Positions 32,573 through 45,191 of a stretch of 64,000 nt of DNA are shown here, piece by piece; the first letter of the stretch is position 1, and every line of letters starts with the position of its first letter. The notes beneath the pieces were generated by a model. The model ran no database searches. It saw nothing but the letters and a program-made list of their open reading frames with translations, and was not told where the DNA came from. The stretch comes from Octopus vulgaris (lineage: Eukaryota), in the NCBI GenBank assembly GCA_951406725.2, contig OX597823.1, forward strand, positions 7,378,001-7,442,000. The letters run 5' to 3'. Made by a program: the position numbers and the translations under genes.

Positions 32573-32701
32573 GGCGGTGCCCCAGCATGGCCACAGCTCA
32601 AGAGCTGAAACTGGAAAACATAAACATAAACATATATATATATATATATATTCTTTATTATTATTAAAGCTGCAAAAAAAAGTCCCCAAAATATCACAAT
32701 A

Positions 32702-32743
32702 AACTGCTACTCAGAGTTTGACGTTCCCGTCCGTCGGACAGTT
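32702..32743 (-). ncRNA. Degenerate hammerhead-like motif
   Basis: AACTGT CCGACGG ACG ggaa CGT CAAA CTC t GAG TA GCAGTT: all three helices pair, but three core bases differ from consensus. Confidence 0.5.
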
Positions 32744-33144
32744 CAGATTGATATATATATATCTATGTCTATTATGGTATCTTATATGTATATTATATTT
32801 ATGCATATCATAATAAATATTTTATGTATATTATATATATGTATATGTATATTATAGTATATATTTTATATGTGAGTTGGCAGAATCGTTAGCATGCTGG
32901 TCAAAATGATAAGCGATATTTCGTCTGTCTTTACGTTCTGAGTTCAAATTCTGCCGAGGTCGACTTTGCCTTTCATCTTCTCAACAGTGGTGCTCCAGCA
33001 TGATCACAGCGGCATGACTGAAACGAATAAAAAAATATACATATTTATATATATATATTATATTATATGTATATTTCATATATGTTATACATACACATAT
33101 TATGTTTATATAAATATTATATGTATATTACTCTTTTACGCCTC

Positions 33145-33497
33145 TACTCGAGCAAATCGACCCCGGGACTTATTCTTTGTAAGCCCAGTACTTATTCTAT
33201 CGGTCTCCTTTGGCGAACCGCTAAGTGACGGGGACGTAAACACACCAGCATCGGTTGTCAAGCAATGCTAGGGGGAGAAACACACACACAACCACACACA
33301 GATACACACACACATATATATATACATATATATACGACAGGCTTCTTTCAGTTTCCGTCTACCAAATCCACTCACAAGGCATTGGTCGGCCCGGGGCTAT
33401 AGTAGAAGACACTTGCCCAAGATGCCACGCAGTGGGACTGAACCCGGAACCATGTGGTTGGTTAGCAAGCTACTTACCACACAGCCACTCCTGCGCC
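33145..33497 (-). mobile_element. SINE family A
   Basis: Reverse-complement match to SINE A. Confidence 0.9.
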
Positions 33498-33578
33498 TTG
33501 TATATGTATATGTATATGTATATATATAATACAGTATATAGTATTACATATACTATATATTATATTATATTGTATTAA

Positions 33579-33610
<32 letters not shown>

Positions 33611-34334
33611 CTGTGTGTGTATTACATATATACAACACACAAAGAAACAGATATTTATTACATGCACACACACACATATATCATATGGTGAGCTGAAATA
33701 AAAGCACAGGAAAGATAAATAACGATTCTGATTACGAAAGAAAAAAAAGGTTAAAGAAATAGAAAAAATGTCACATTTGGTTTAAATACCATAAATAAAA
33801 GTTAAAGTAATTAAAGAAATATTATTTTAAGTTGCTTATTAGCTGACAATGCATGACATGTTCACAATAACAACACATTCTAATTACTTACATTATATAT
33901 AGGCGGAGAAAAAATATTTTATATTCTATATATTAAATAAAACAATGACCCCCACCCCCATCCATACACACACAAAAGACAATTTATTAAAGTTTTCTTA
34001 TATCTATATTTCTCTGACATTTCTTTAGCTTCTAATATAAATAGAAATAAAGATATACGTCCCTTTTTCGCTGTGTGTGTGTGTGTATACACATACATGA
34101 ATATATGATGGCTGCTACTCGATTTCGAATCATGCCATTGCCTGACTGTTTCTCTTGGTCATGAGCAGCATAGATGTTGCCACTGTGTTCTGCTAGGGAC
34201 CAATACTCTTTGTACAGATGTGGCAACGATGGGCGCCTCCTGTAGGTGTTTAGACAGGGTACCAACCACAATGACATATGCCTTAGTTCCATCATGCCTG
34301 TTTTGGTTACGGCCAGCCATAGCATTTAACTTGT

Positions 34335-34720
34335 GACGGCGCTCACCCAGGGCGGGTTGAGCCGGCTTCTTCTCTGGTCCTAACGGCATCACGAACCATG
34401 GCGGCCCACACTCGACGGTCCTGTGAAAGGTCACTGGAGATGGCGAGCCATTCGCGGTTCCATCTGCGCAGACCGACCACCTGCGGACCCGAGTGTTCGG
34501 AGAGGTCCTCCTTTATGGCCGTTGCCCAGGTCTTCAGCTGCCCGCCCGTGCGTTTGCGCCAGCTGGGAAGTGGAGGTGGGAAGAGGACATTGCGAATCAG
34601 CTCACCCTCTCGATGACGGGCCGCATGACCGAACCACCTTAAGCGCCGTTGTAGAAGCACCGAAGGGAGGGGCCGGGGATTCAGGCGATGACGAAGACCG
34701 GTTGTAGCATTCAACGCATA
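34335..34720 (-). mobile_element. RTE-type LINE 3' fragment
   Basis: ORF 34343-34714: QRRLRWFGHAAR...GGQLKTW...DRRVW. Confidence 0.85.
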
Positions 34721-35120
34721 ACAGAGATGTTAAAAATGAAACTAGAAGCTTTTTTACTGTGTAGAAAGGCCCTGCACGGGGCCAGTCCTACTCTCTAAGC
34801 AACGAATACACTAATCCGAGAAGAGCTAGACAATATTAGTGGATGTAAACGAATCGCCATAAGCATTGTAGAACTTCGGCAAAGAAATGAATTTTCGGGA
34901 TGTAGCCTGGAGGGTTTTTTCGTATTAATCGCTTGGACTTTGAGAACACATACCAATTGTTTTCATAACATTTTTAACGCTTTGAATTAAATGTGACCAT
35001 TTTGCGTTGAGTCTGCAGTTTGAATCACTTTAACCAAATTTTAGCAGGCCGGATTTTTGATCATCACGATACATCGCCAGCTACTCCCTGAAACTCTCCC
35101 CTGAAATCCCCGTTGAGAAA

Positions 35121-35210
35121 TCTATTATATATATAATAATAATACTTTGAATGGGACTCCTGAGAAAGAGTAAAAGTAATTAGCCGATGAACGACGGGTA
35201 TTAAAGCTAG
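35121..35210 (+). mobile_element. Miniature (90-bp) Helitron-like element
   Basis: A|TCTATTATATATATAATAAT start; CCGATGAACGACGG imperfect hairpin; CTAG|T end. Confidence 0.5.
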
Positions 35211-35296
35211 TAATGTATACGTATGTATGTATGTATGTATGTATGTATGTATGTATGTATGTATATTACATATATGTGTATTTATGTGCATATATA

Positions 35297-36250
35297 CAAG
35301 GTGAATACCAGATGATTTGGGGACATTTTCTGAAGTGGCATTTAATTTCCAAGAAGTACAAAAACTCTAACTCCTTCAAAGTAAGATCCTCTGACTACAG
35401 TGCACTTGCAGCGTTTCGACCATTTCTCTAAGGCCCCATAGAAGTCCTCCAAAGTGGAAGTGTCCAGTACCCTTGTCACAGCCTCCTTCATCGTCAAAAC
35501 GACTGTCCCTGAGGTTTTCCTTCGGCTTGTGGAGCAACAAAACTTCACAGAGAGCAAGATCTGGATTGTAGGGAAGGTAAGGGACAGTCTTCATGCCCAT
35601 CTCTGCCAACGAGTTGGTTACCAGGATACTTAGCCCAAATTATAAATAATTTATAAATAATTCCTATTTCTTTATTGCCCACAAGGGGCTAAACACAGAG
35701 GGGACAAACAAGGACAGACAAACGGATTAAGTCGATTATATCGACACCAATGCGTAACTGGTACTTAATTTATCGACCCCGAAAGGATGAAAGGCAAAGT
35801 CGACCTCGGCGGAATTTGAACCCAGAACGTAACGGCAGACGAAATACGGCTACGCATTTCGCCCGGCGTGCTAACGACTCCAAACTTTATACTTATTGCC
35901 TTTATAGACACACGACACTCTTCAGCCAGAAAGTTGCGAATTTTCTCAACCAGCTCTGATGTTCTGATGTCCCTCTCCCTCCCATATCTCTCATCATCTC
36001 TCATCTCTTCACTGCCGTCCTTCAACCTCTTGTTCCAGAGCAAAAATTAATCTATAAAAAGTCTGGAGCATTCCATAAGTTTCTGTAGTTTTTCTTTCTT
36101 TTTTTTCTTTCTTTTTTTTTTTTTGCCAAGTTTAAAACAAAACTGTATGGCGTAGCGAGCTTCCAAACGTCCCGCCTGCCTTCCGTAAACTAGTCAGCTG
36201 TGACAAGCAGTGTTTGGTAGAGTGTGTTCAAAGTGCTGTTTACAGCCGCC
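35297..36250 (-). mobile_element. Decayed mariner interrupted by SINE B (35663-35878, minus)
   Basis: YLPYNPDLALC and GSYFEG motifs; ELVEKIRNFLAEECRVSI HTH-like region. Confidence 0.75.
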
Positions 36251-36459
36251 TCCTTCAATATGGAGTAACAAAAGTTGTCGGATCGGCTTATTACGTGTAT
36301 AGTAATGGTATACTAAAATTACAACAATTCAGGACACTTATAACTGTGTCTCCTAATAAAGTCTCTAAACCTTTGGAATACACTTCATATGTGAATCTAT
36401 GCGTATGGATGGATACACACACACACACATGCATAAACGTATATGCGTAAGCACATGTA

Positions 36460-37750
36460 CGAGGGGGTACCCAAAAGTAACCGGAAATGTTCTCTGTGGG
36501 ACAAGCTCATAGTAGTTCAGGCTTTCGTCGCTTATTTGATGCAAACCATCAGGCATCAGTCTGCCGGTTGGCGTCGTCGTGTGAAGTCGTACTGCCACGT
36601 GATACGTCTTTGTTTTGCAATGTTTTCCCCCCTGTTCGTCGATTTTTGCGATGGCTGAAACTAAGGAACAGCGTACTTCCGCGAAATTCTGCTTTCTGCT
36701 GAGGAAAACGGCGGCCGAAACGGTTGTCATGCTTCAAACAGCTTACAAGGACGCTGGAATGAGCAAAACACAAGTTTACGAGTAGTTTTCACCGCTTTAG
36801 GAATGGTCGCTTGTGGCTTGAAGACCAACCTCATTCAGGGTGACCGTCGAACTGCCAAACGAATGAAAACATCACGAAAATTCATGAATTGATCTTAGAG
36901 GACCGCCGCCGAACAATTGACGAACTGGTTGATCTGACTGGTGTGTCCTGGAGCTCCTGCTAACGGATTTTGAGCGAGGAATTGCGAATGAAAAGAGTTG
37001 CTGCAAAATTTGTGTCTCGCTTGGTCACGGAAGATCAAAAGTAGTCACGACTGAATGAACAGCTGGAAATTGATTCGGACCTCTTTTCGAAGGTCATCAC
37101 TGATGACGAAAGCTGGTGCTACGACTACGAGCCAGAAACGAAGCAGCAACCAAGTTAATGGAGGCATTCAATGTCACCACACCCCCAAAAAGCGCGTCAG
37201 GTGAAGTCCAATGTGAAAACGATGCTGATTTGATTTACCGATGCGAAAGGAATTGTCCACACAGAATTTGTTCTTCCTGGTCAAACTGTTAACCAGACAT
37301 TTTACTTGGAAGTCCTGAAGCATTTGTGAGACGCAGTGAGACGAAAACGCTCCGATCTATGGTAAAGTGGAGAGTGGTGGTTTCATCACGACAATACGCC
37401 TGCGCACACCGCCTTGAGTGTGAAACACTTTTTGACTAAAAGTCACACGACCCCACTTACCCCACCCGCTCTATTCACCCGAGCTTGCTCTCTGCGATTT
37501 AAAAAAAAAATTCTCCCGAATGAAAAAAGTCCTTAAAGGAAAACGTTTTGCGGATGTGGAAGAGGTGAAGGAAAAAACAACGGAGGCGTTAAAAGGTTTC
37601 ACTTCGCAAGAGTTCCAGGACAGCTTCAAACAATAGAAAATGCGTCTGGACCGATGCATTGTTTCCAATGGAGAATATTTTGAAGGCAATAAAAGTGTAA
37701 ACGTGTAAAACTAAGTGAATAAAATAATATTACAAAATTCCGGTTTCTCG
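36460..37750 (+). mobile_element. Near full-length mariner transposon
   Basis: TA|CGAGGGGGTACCCAAAAGTAACCGGAA left TIR; right TIR is internally deleted (TTCCGGTTTCTCG|TA). Confidence 0.92.
36651..37698 (+). pseudogene. Mariner transposase pseudogene
   Basis: MAETKEQR..KFC, ITDDESWCYDYEPETKQQ, HHDNTPAH, YSPELALCD and GEYFEG motifs, with stops and frameshifts. Confidence 0.92.
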
Positions 37751-37898
37751 TATATATGTGTGTGTATGAATATGTACGTGTATATATGTATATAAGTATG
37801 CCCGTATATTGATATATACTCATATATATATGTAGATACTAAGATTAAGATATGCATATACATGCATACATAGATGCATACGTACAAACACACACACC

Positions 37899-37937
<39 letters not shown>

Positions 37938-37939
37938 AA

Positions 37940-38313
37940 GGCAGCGAGCTGGCAGAAACGTTAGCGCGCCGGGCGAAATGCTGAGAGGTATTTCGTCTGC
38001 CGTTACGTTCTGAGTTCAAATTCCGCCGAGGTCGATTAAATAAGTGCCAGTTATGCACTGGGGTCGACATACTCGACTTAATCTGTTTGTCTGTCCTTGT
38101 TTGTTCTCTCTGTGTTTAGCCCCTTGTAGGTAGTAAAGAAATAGGTATTTCGTCTGCCGTTACGATCTGAGTTTAAATTCCGCCGAAGTCGATTTTGCCT
38201 TTCATTCTTTCGGGGTCGATAAATTAAGTACCAGTTGCGTGCTGGAGTCGATCTAATCGACTGCTCCCCACTCCCCCAAAATTTCGGATCTTCTGCTTAG
38301 AGTAAAAAAGAAT
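37940..38313 (+). mobile_element. SINE family B dimer
   Basis: Junction taaagaaataggtatttcgtctgccg at about 38135; the second unit has the alternative tail. Confidence 0.88.
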
Positions 38314-38636
38314 ATATGCATGTATTTTCTATTTTAAATTATTTGAAATCTTCCTCGTAAAGAAGAGGTTGGTTTTTAACAAAGATGTAAAGTTTCTTCG
38401 TCGATAACAAATACAAAGTCGTATTTTCAACTTTATAAAACTCTTGCATATTCTTACTCCTCTGCGTAGATTGTATTTGTAACGTGCGAATTACTTGAGT
38501 GATTTCTTTTCGACTAGATTGTCACTTAGGCATTTTCTCATAAAACCAAGAGCCCAAATCATTATTGGTATAAATGGGAATTCATTATCTGGATATAGAA
38601 AGTAGAGATTTTGAAGTAGTTGTATGTATTTAGGTA

Positions 38637-39145
38637 CCGTAAATCCTCGAGTATAGTCCGCCCTTGAATATAATACGCAGGGGATTTTTTAGGGGGTTGT
38701 ACCTCTGAAAAACCTAAACCTTGTGTACGATACGCACCCCTTCTCTAACTTGAGTCAAGGAGGTCTATATAACGTCCTTGGTTTGTAAAACTGTATAGGT
38801 AACGTCCTTTATTATTATTGTATACATAACGTAATGCAAACGTGTAGCTTATTTGTGCATTTTGTTTGCAGAAGATAAAGAAATAACAGTAATAACGTTT
38901 AATAAATGTTGCTTACTACAAGTTATAGATGAATATTTTATGACTTCATTGCTTTCAGGCTTAGCTTAAGGTATTTTCACGCCCTACATCACAAAATGCG
39001 TCTGAATAAACATTGCCGGACAGTAAATAGACTCGGACATTGCTTAGAAAATAATTTTCATTTTAACGTCGTATATAGTACGCACTAGGGATTTTGACCT
39101 TTAAATTTTGGGGAAAAAAGGCGGATTATACAAGAAATTTAACAG
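38637..39145. mobile_element. Pogo/Tigger-like MITE
   Basis: TA|CCGTAAATCCTCGAGTATAGTCCGC ... GCGGATTATACAAGAAATTTAACAG|TA. Confidence 0.7.
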
Positions 39146-39344
39146 TATGTATTACGGGTGTGGAACGCAGTGATTCAGAGAATCGCTTTGAAGACTTGAC
39201 TTAGTTATATTAACCACAGAATATTTTGTAACGTATCACTCTGGTACTTATCGCTATATGCCGGACTGCTAATTTATATATAAACATCAACGTGGTTTCT
39301 TAAGCGATATAAACATAGACAAAATTTCAAGCGCACATAGATAT

Positions 39345-39755
39345 ATTCTTTTATTTGTTTCGGTCATTTGACAGCGGCCATGCTGGGGCACCACCTTAAA
39401 GGATTTTTTAGTTGAAGAAATTGACCCCAAGACTTATTCTTTGTAAGCCCAGTACTTATTCTGTCGGTGCCTTTTGCCGAACCGTTAAGTTACGGGAACG
39501 TAAACACACCAAAATCGGTTGTGAAGTGATGGTGGGGAGACAAACACAGACCCAAAGACACATACACCTAATATATATAATATATATATATATACGACTG
39601 TCTTTCTTTAATTTCCGTCTACCAAATTCACTCACAAAGCTTTGATCGGCCCGAGGTAATAGTAGAAGACTTGCCCAAGATGCCACGTAGTGGGACTGAA
39701 CCCGAAACCATGTGATTGAAAAGGAAGCTTATTACCACGCAGGCACGCCTGCCCC
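39345..39755 (-). mobile_element. Diverged SINE family A
   Basis: Reverse-complement match to SINE A. Confidence 0.85.
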
Positions 39756-39927
39756 TATATGTATATGTATATACGACAGTTTTCAGTACAGTTTTTGCTA
39801 TCGAATTGCACCCAGAGAGAAGAAACTTGCCCAAGTTACACATGGTTTCAACTTCAACGGCACTGAAACCATATTGTTATGAAGCGAAATTCTTGACCAT
39901 AAGTTATGCCTGAGTCATACAAACACA

Positions 39928-40560
39928 CGAGGTGGTATCTAAAGGTTCCCGGTCGAGTTATACTCTTTTACTCTTTTACTTGTTTCAGTCACTTGACTGT
40001 GGCCATGCTGGAGCACCGCCTTTAGTCGAGCAAATCGACCCCCAGGACTTATTCTTTGTAAGCCTAGTACTTATTCCATCGGTGTCTTTTGCCGAATCGC
40101 TAAGTTACAGAGACGTAAACACGCTAGCATCGGTCGTCAAGCGATGTTGGGGTGGGGTGGGGGACAAACACAGACACACAAACACATACGTATACATACA
40201 TATATGTATACATATACATACATACGACGGGCTTCTTTCAGTTTCCGTCTACCAAATCCACTCACAAGGCTTTGGCCGGCCCGAGGTTATTGTAGAAGAC
40301 ACTTGCTCAAGGTGCCACGCAGTGTGACTGAATCCAGAAAAATGTGGTTGGTAAGCAAGCTACTTACCACACAGCCACACCTGCGTTATGTTTAATAAAA
40401 AACAATTATTTACCTAAGTTTTAACATCATCTCCTTCGAAATAGTCACCTTGCGCAGTAATACACTGGTCCCAGCGTTCCTGCCACTTTTGGAATCCGTC
40501 CTGGAAGTCGTTTTCCGTAAACGAGTCGAAGGCCTTCTGCGATTCGCTCTGGATCCCGAC
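39928..40560 (-). mobile_element. Mariner 3' end interrupted by SINE A (39962-40385, minus)
   Basis: FQKWQERWDQCITAQGDYFEGD; TIR-like cgaggtggtatctaaaggttcccgg. Confidence 0.8.
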
Positions 40561-40564
40561 AACA

Positions 40565-40600
<36 letters not shown>

Positions 40601-40713
40601 TGTATGTATGTATGTATGTATGTATGTATGTATGTATGTATGTATGTATGCATGTATGCATGTATGTATGTATGTATATATACACACACGCATATATATA
40701 CACACATATATAT

Positions 40714-40905
40714 AGGGAGAATTCACGAAAAAATCAAAAGACGAAGACAGGTGATGTAGAAAACTAACAGATGTATTAGTATAACGCTCAGGAATTGAAA
40801 AAGTCTTTAACGTTTCGAGCCTACGCTCTTCCACAGAAAGGAACATAGAAAGAAACAAGGAGAGAAAAAAACGTGCGTAGTGGCTACCGATCTATCATGG
40901 CGAAT
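40714..40905 (-). mobile_element. Penelope-like non-coding module with variant minimal HHR (40805-40840)
   Basis: Minus strand CTTT CTGTGGA A GAGC gtag GCTC GAAA CG TT AAAG. Homologous pieces occur at about 2420-2522 and 54925-54942. Confidence 0.55.
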
Positions 40906-40918
40906 GATATATAGATAC

Positions 40919-40949
<31 letters not shown>

Positions 40950-40982
40950 GACAGGCAGACAAGCAGTCAAACAGACAGACAT

Positions 40983-41044
<62 letters not shown>

Positions 41045-41069
41045 TGATAGATAGATAGATAGATAGATT

Positions 41070-41113
<44 letters not shown>

Positions 41114-41284
41114 CGACGGTTTTAGTTTCCGCCTACCAAATCCACTCACAAGACTTTGGTCGGTCCGGGGCTATAGTAGAAGACACTCGCCTAAGTACCA
41201 CGCAGGTGAGACTGAACCCATAACCGTGTAGTTGAGAAACAGGCTTCTTACCACCCACCTACGCTACCGCCTCTGTATGTGTGT

Positions 41285-41847
41285 GTTACAAATATCTTGG
41301 GTCATACATATCATCATCTGGAAAAGACTTTCTAACTAGAAAGGGTATGGCCTGGTCAGCCTGTAATGACATGCATAAAATCTGGTCATCAAATCTAAGT
41401 AGAGACTTCAAACTTGAAATCTTCAAAGCCACAGTCGAACCAATTCTACTATATGGCTCAGAAACCCAGACGTTATCAAAGAAGCTTGAGAGGCGGTTGG
41501 ATGGAACCTACACTCGCCTCCTTAGGAGAGCTCAAAATCTCTCGTGGAAGCGTCATCCAACCAAAATGCAAATATATGGGAAACTACCACCTGTGTCATC
41601 TCTTGTGAAAGGTAAGAGAGTCCAGTTTGCTGGACATTGTTGTAGAGCTGAAAAAGAGGTAATTTCTACTCTGGAAGCCATCTACTCGCAATACCAGAGG
41701 GCGTACACTCTCCTACCCTGATGTAAAATCCAGGGATACAGGCATCCAGCAACAGGACCTCCGTAATGTCATGATGGACCGTGAAGTCTGGCGTAGCATG
41801 GTAAATTCCATTGTCTCGACCACGGTCGAACAATGATGATGATGATG
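41285..41847 (+). mobile_element. RTE-type LINE 3' fragment with (GAT)n tail
   Basis: YKYLGS...KATVEPILLYGSE...FAGHC; tail gatgatgatgatg. Confidence 0.88.
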
Positions 41848-41855
41848 TGTGTGTC

Positions 41856-41901
<46 letters not shown>

Positions 41902-42228
41902 AAAGGATGAAACTTAGTAGTAATTTGTCATTCGCAAGCTGGAAGGCGATTCTTCTCCATGGATATGACAAAAGCATATGAGAAAAGGACCGAAGTTAAA
42001 ACCACAGAGAGCATTGTCAGCGACAGACCCGAATCTGGAAGGTTGCTGACGCCCTGGGCAAGCGAGATTTCTGCGTCTTTACAAATATAATGTTTCAAAA
42101 TTTCACTGCGATGAAAGCAGCAAAAGTAGAAATAATGAGTTTAACTGCAAAATTGAAGACAGAGAAAAAAGTTCAAACCACAACATTAAAAGTACAAAAT
42201 CTTTCGTTGATATAACTAGGAGAGGGAA

Positions 42229-42509
42229 AGAGAAGAAGAAGAAGAAGAAGAAGAAGAAGAAGAAGAAGAAGAAGAGGAGAAGAAAGAAGATGAAGAAGAT
42301 GAAGAAGGAGAAGAAGATGAAGAAGAAGATGAAGAAGATGAAGAAGAAGAAGAAGAAGAAGAAGAAGAAGAAGAAGAAGAAGAAAAGAAGAAGAAGAAGA
42401 AGAAGAAGAAGAAGAAGAAGAGAAGAAGAAGAGAAGAGAAGAAGAAGAAGAAGAAGAAGAAGAAGAAGAAGGAGAAGGAGAAGAAGAAGAAGAAGAAGGA
42501 GAAGGAGAA

Positions 42510-42541
<32 letters not shown>

Positions 42542-42856
42542 AGAAGATGAAGAAGAAAGAAGAAAGAAGAAGAAGAAGAAGAAGATGAAGAAGATGAAGA
42601 AGAAGAAGAAGAAGAAGAAGAAGAAGAAGAAGAAGAAGAAGAAGAAGAAGAAGAAGAAGAAGAAGAAGAAGAAGAAGAAAGGAGAAGAAGAAGAAGAAGA
42701 AGGAGAAGGAGAAGAAGAAGAAGAAAGAAGAAGAAGAAGAAGAAGAAGAAGAGAAGAAGAAGAAGAAGAAGAAGAAGAAGAAGAAGAAGAAGAAGAAGAG
42801 GAAGTAGAAGAAGAAAAGAAGAAGAAGAAGAAGAAGACGAAGAAGAGAAGAAGAGA
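42229..42856 (+). repeat. About 630-bp (GAA)n-rich polypurine tract
   Basis: Direct inspection; only sporadic T or C bases. Confidence 0.97.
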
Positions 42857-42879
42857 GCTAATGCTCTCAACACATTTTT

Positions 42880-44055
42880 GTTAGTAAGACTGGAGGATAT
42901 AAGGTTGAATGTACGAGTAGTGTCATTGATCTGTAAATGTAAAGAATGTAATTCTGATATATATCTTTTGATATACCCAAAGCCTTTGATAAGGTTTCAC
43001 ATGCAGTTTTGTTCCATAAACTCTCTGTCTATGGTATATGTTTAAAGGTCTTTAACATTATTAGGCCATTCCCTTTTGTTTATTGTGCGCGTGTGTGACT
43101 CGACGGTGTTACTTCTGAGTATTCTATCAATGCTGGTGTTTCTCAAGGCTCTATTCTCGGTCCAACTCTATTTCTCCTCTACATCAACGATCTTCAATTC
43201 ATCAACGTTTATACTGATGACAGTACATTTTATTCAGGTTTTCTTGGCAACCCCTCCCCGTTGAGACAGTTGGAATTTGCTGCAAGTTTTAGTGTGGGCC
43301 TGCAGGCTGTTATGAAATGGGACGAGAAGTGGCGAGTAACTTTCAACCCTGGTAAGAGCAAACTCATGTCTTTGAGCGGGAAGCGGAACCTTTATCTTCC
43401 TCCCATTTACATGAGTTGTAGGTCCGAAGTATCGCTTGGTGAGACAGTAAAACCATCCGACGAAAGATTTTCTTTGGAACTTCTTGGTCTTTTCTCACCT
43501 GATTTCTCTTGGGGTTCTTACAGACAATCAGTTGGTATATCTGCTTCCACTGTTTAGGCTAAAGGACACCCGAGGCCATTTTGTATCCTTAGATGTCCAC
43601 AATTTGTCCTTATATGAAATACTGCAGTCATATTTGGAAAGGAGTACCATTTTGTCACTTGGTTCTCCACTCTTGCTTCAACTCTACAACCCTTTCACAT
43701 CGACGTGACATCGCTAGACTTAAATCTGGCGCAATGAATTACTCTGATGAACTTTTACCGCAAGAAATTGCTCTGATTAACTTTTTCTCTGTTCCAGATC
43801 ACTTTGTACCAACTCGTCTGACTCGAAACGCAAAACGTCTCCATCCAAATGATATTCTGCTTCCACAAATAAGGAAGCTTTTCAACGGTTGTAGCTCTTC
43901 TCCTCGAACTGTCAGACTCATTGCTTCCCGCTTCTTATCATCTGAACTCTTTCAAGTCTAAAGTAAATTCATTCCTTTCGTCTTAATTTCTCCTTCTTCA
44001 TAGTCCATTACACTAAGTGACTTCTGGCGTTGTTTGGGAGTTTCTTATTTATAAA
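42880..44055 (+). mobile_element. Highly decayed CR1/L2/Jockey-type LINE RT fragment
   Basis: DIPKAFDKVSH, QGSILGPTLFLLYINDL, YTDD, FNPGKSK and YCSHIW motifs. Confidence 0.8.
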
Positions 44056-44471
44056 TATTATTTTATTTTATTTTATTTATTAGTTTCCCGTGCTGCCATC
44101 AATATATACTAAATTCTCAAACTCATGACTTAGCGTTCTCAAACACGTAGTGCGCCGAGCGACTATCCGAGTTCCTGGTGCCTTCAGTCGGTCCTGCTCT
44201 GCGGGTAATAAAACAAACTATTTAGCTGCAATGGTTGGAGTGATTACTGTTTCCTTTGATTTGGTGCTGTAGTCACAGTAATAACAGACGAATAAACTGT
44301 GTGCTACAATAAGGCCCAGAAGAAGTAAAACATTCCTTGGTAAAGTCACAGCTGCTCATCAGCAATGCTGGTGGGAATGATATTGTGGGAAGGTGCCGAA
44401 ATCGTTATCTGAAGAAAACAGTTGATGAAGAGCAAGTACTGCTGTGCCAGCTGTATGTTTTGCAAGTGCAA

Positions 44472-44508
<37 letters not shown>

Positions 44509-45191
44509 TGTGTGTGTGTGGTAAATCTTCAACTAGTAGAGAAGCGCTCGACCAGCTGAGACAGTAAAAATAATCTTAAAGTAAAAAACCACAAATCTTG
44601 TAAATGCAGCTACCCAAGGTCAAAAAAATTTATTCTGCCATTTATGAAGCTGAAAACAAGACTATTTGTCAGTCGTCTCTTGAGCAGATAACGTTTAAAC
44701 AAGAGACGCTTGTAAAGAAGACAAAAAAAAACCCACACACACACAAGGGAGATAACCAACGTTACAATAATTCCGATGTCAAACAGACGTAAACCATTTG
44801 TTAATGGTTTATTAACTGTCCGGTGGTCGACATTTAAATTTCGACAAGATGCATTTCTTGAAATGCGCTCACAGAAAAATCTCGTTTCTCGAATTTATGT
44901 ATTCGTTGGAGGTTCTCAAGTTTTTTAATAACTAGTTTTTCAAGGGAACACACTGAACATTTTGGAAAACAAAACGAATAGAGTGAACCAACGCAAAGCC
45001 CAACGCCAAATTTTGCAACAGTTGCAATTCACAGAAATACACTTTTGAAAATAAATGCTTTGATAAAGACATCATATTTCCTGCAGAAGTAACAAAAAAC
45101 GTCTATGAAAACCCTTACATCTAATCTCCAAGGAATTAAAACTGCGCCAAAGCCAATATCTCCACTCATTAAGAACCGTTAATCGAACATA

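Noticed and set aside
37100-37116. CTGATGACGAAAG resembling a hammerhead core
   Set aside because: It encodes TDDES in the mariner catalytic domain and has no stem II or helix I.
42103-42884. 256-aa poly-L/S/F ORF and poly-K/R/E ORFs
   Set aside because: Read-through of the (GAA)n tract.
43214-43225. CTGATGA motif
   Set aside because: It is the YTDD codons of a LINE RT, with no downstream GAAA helix arrangement.
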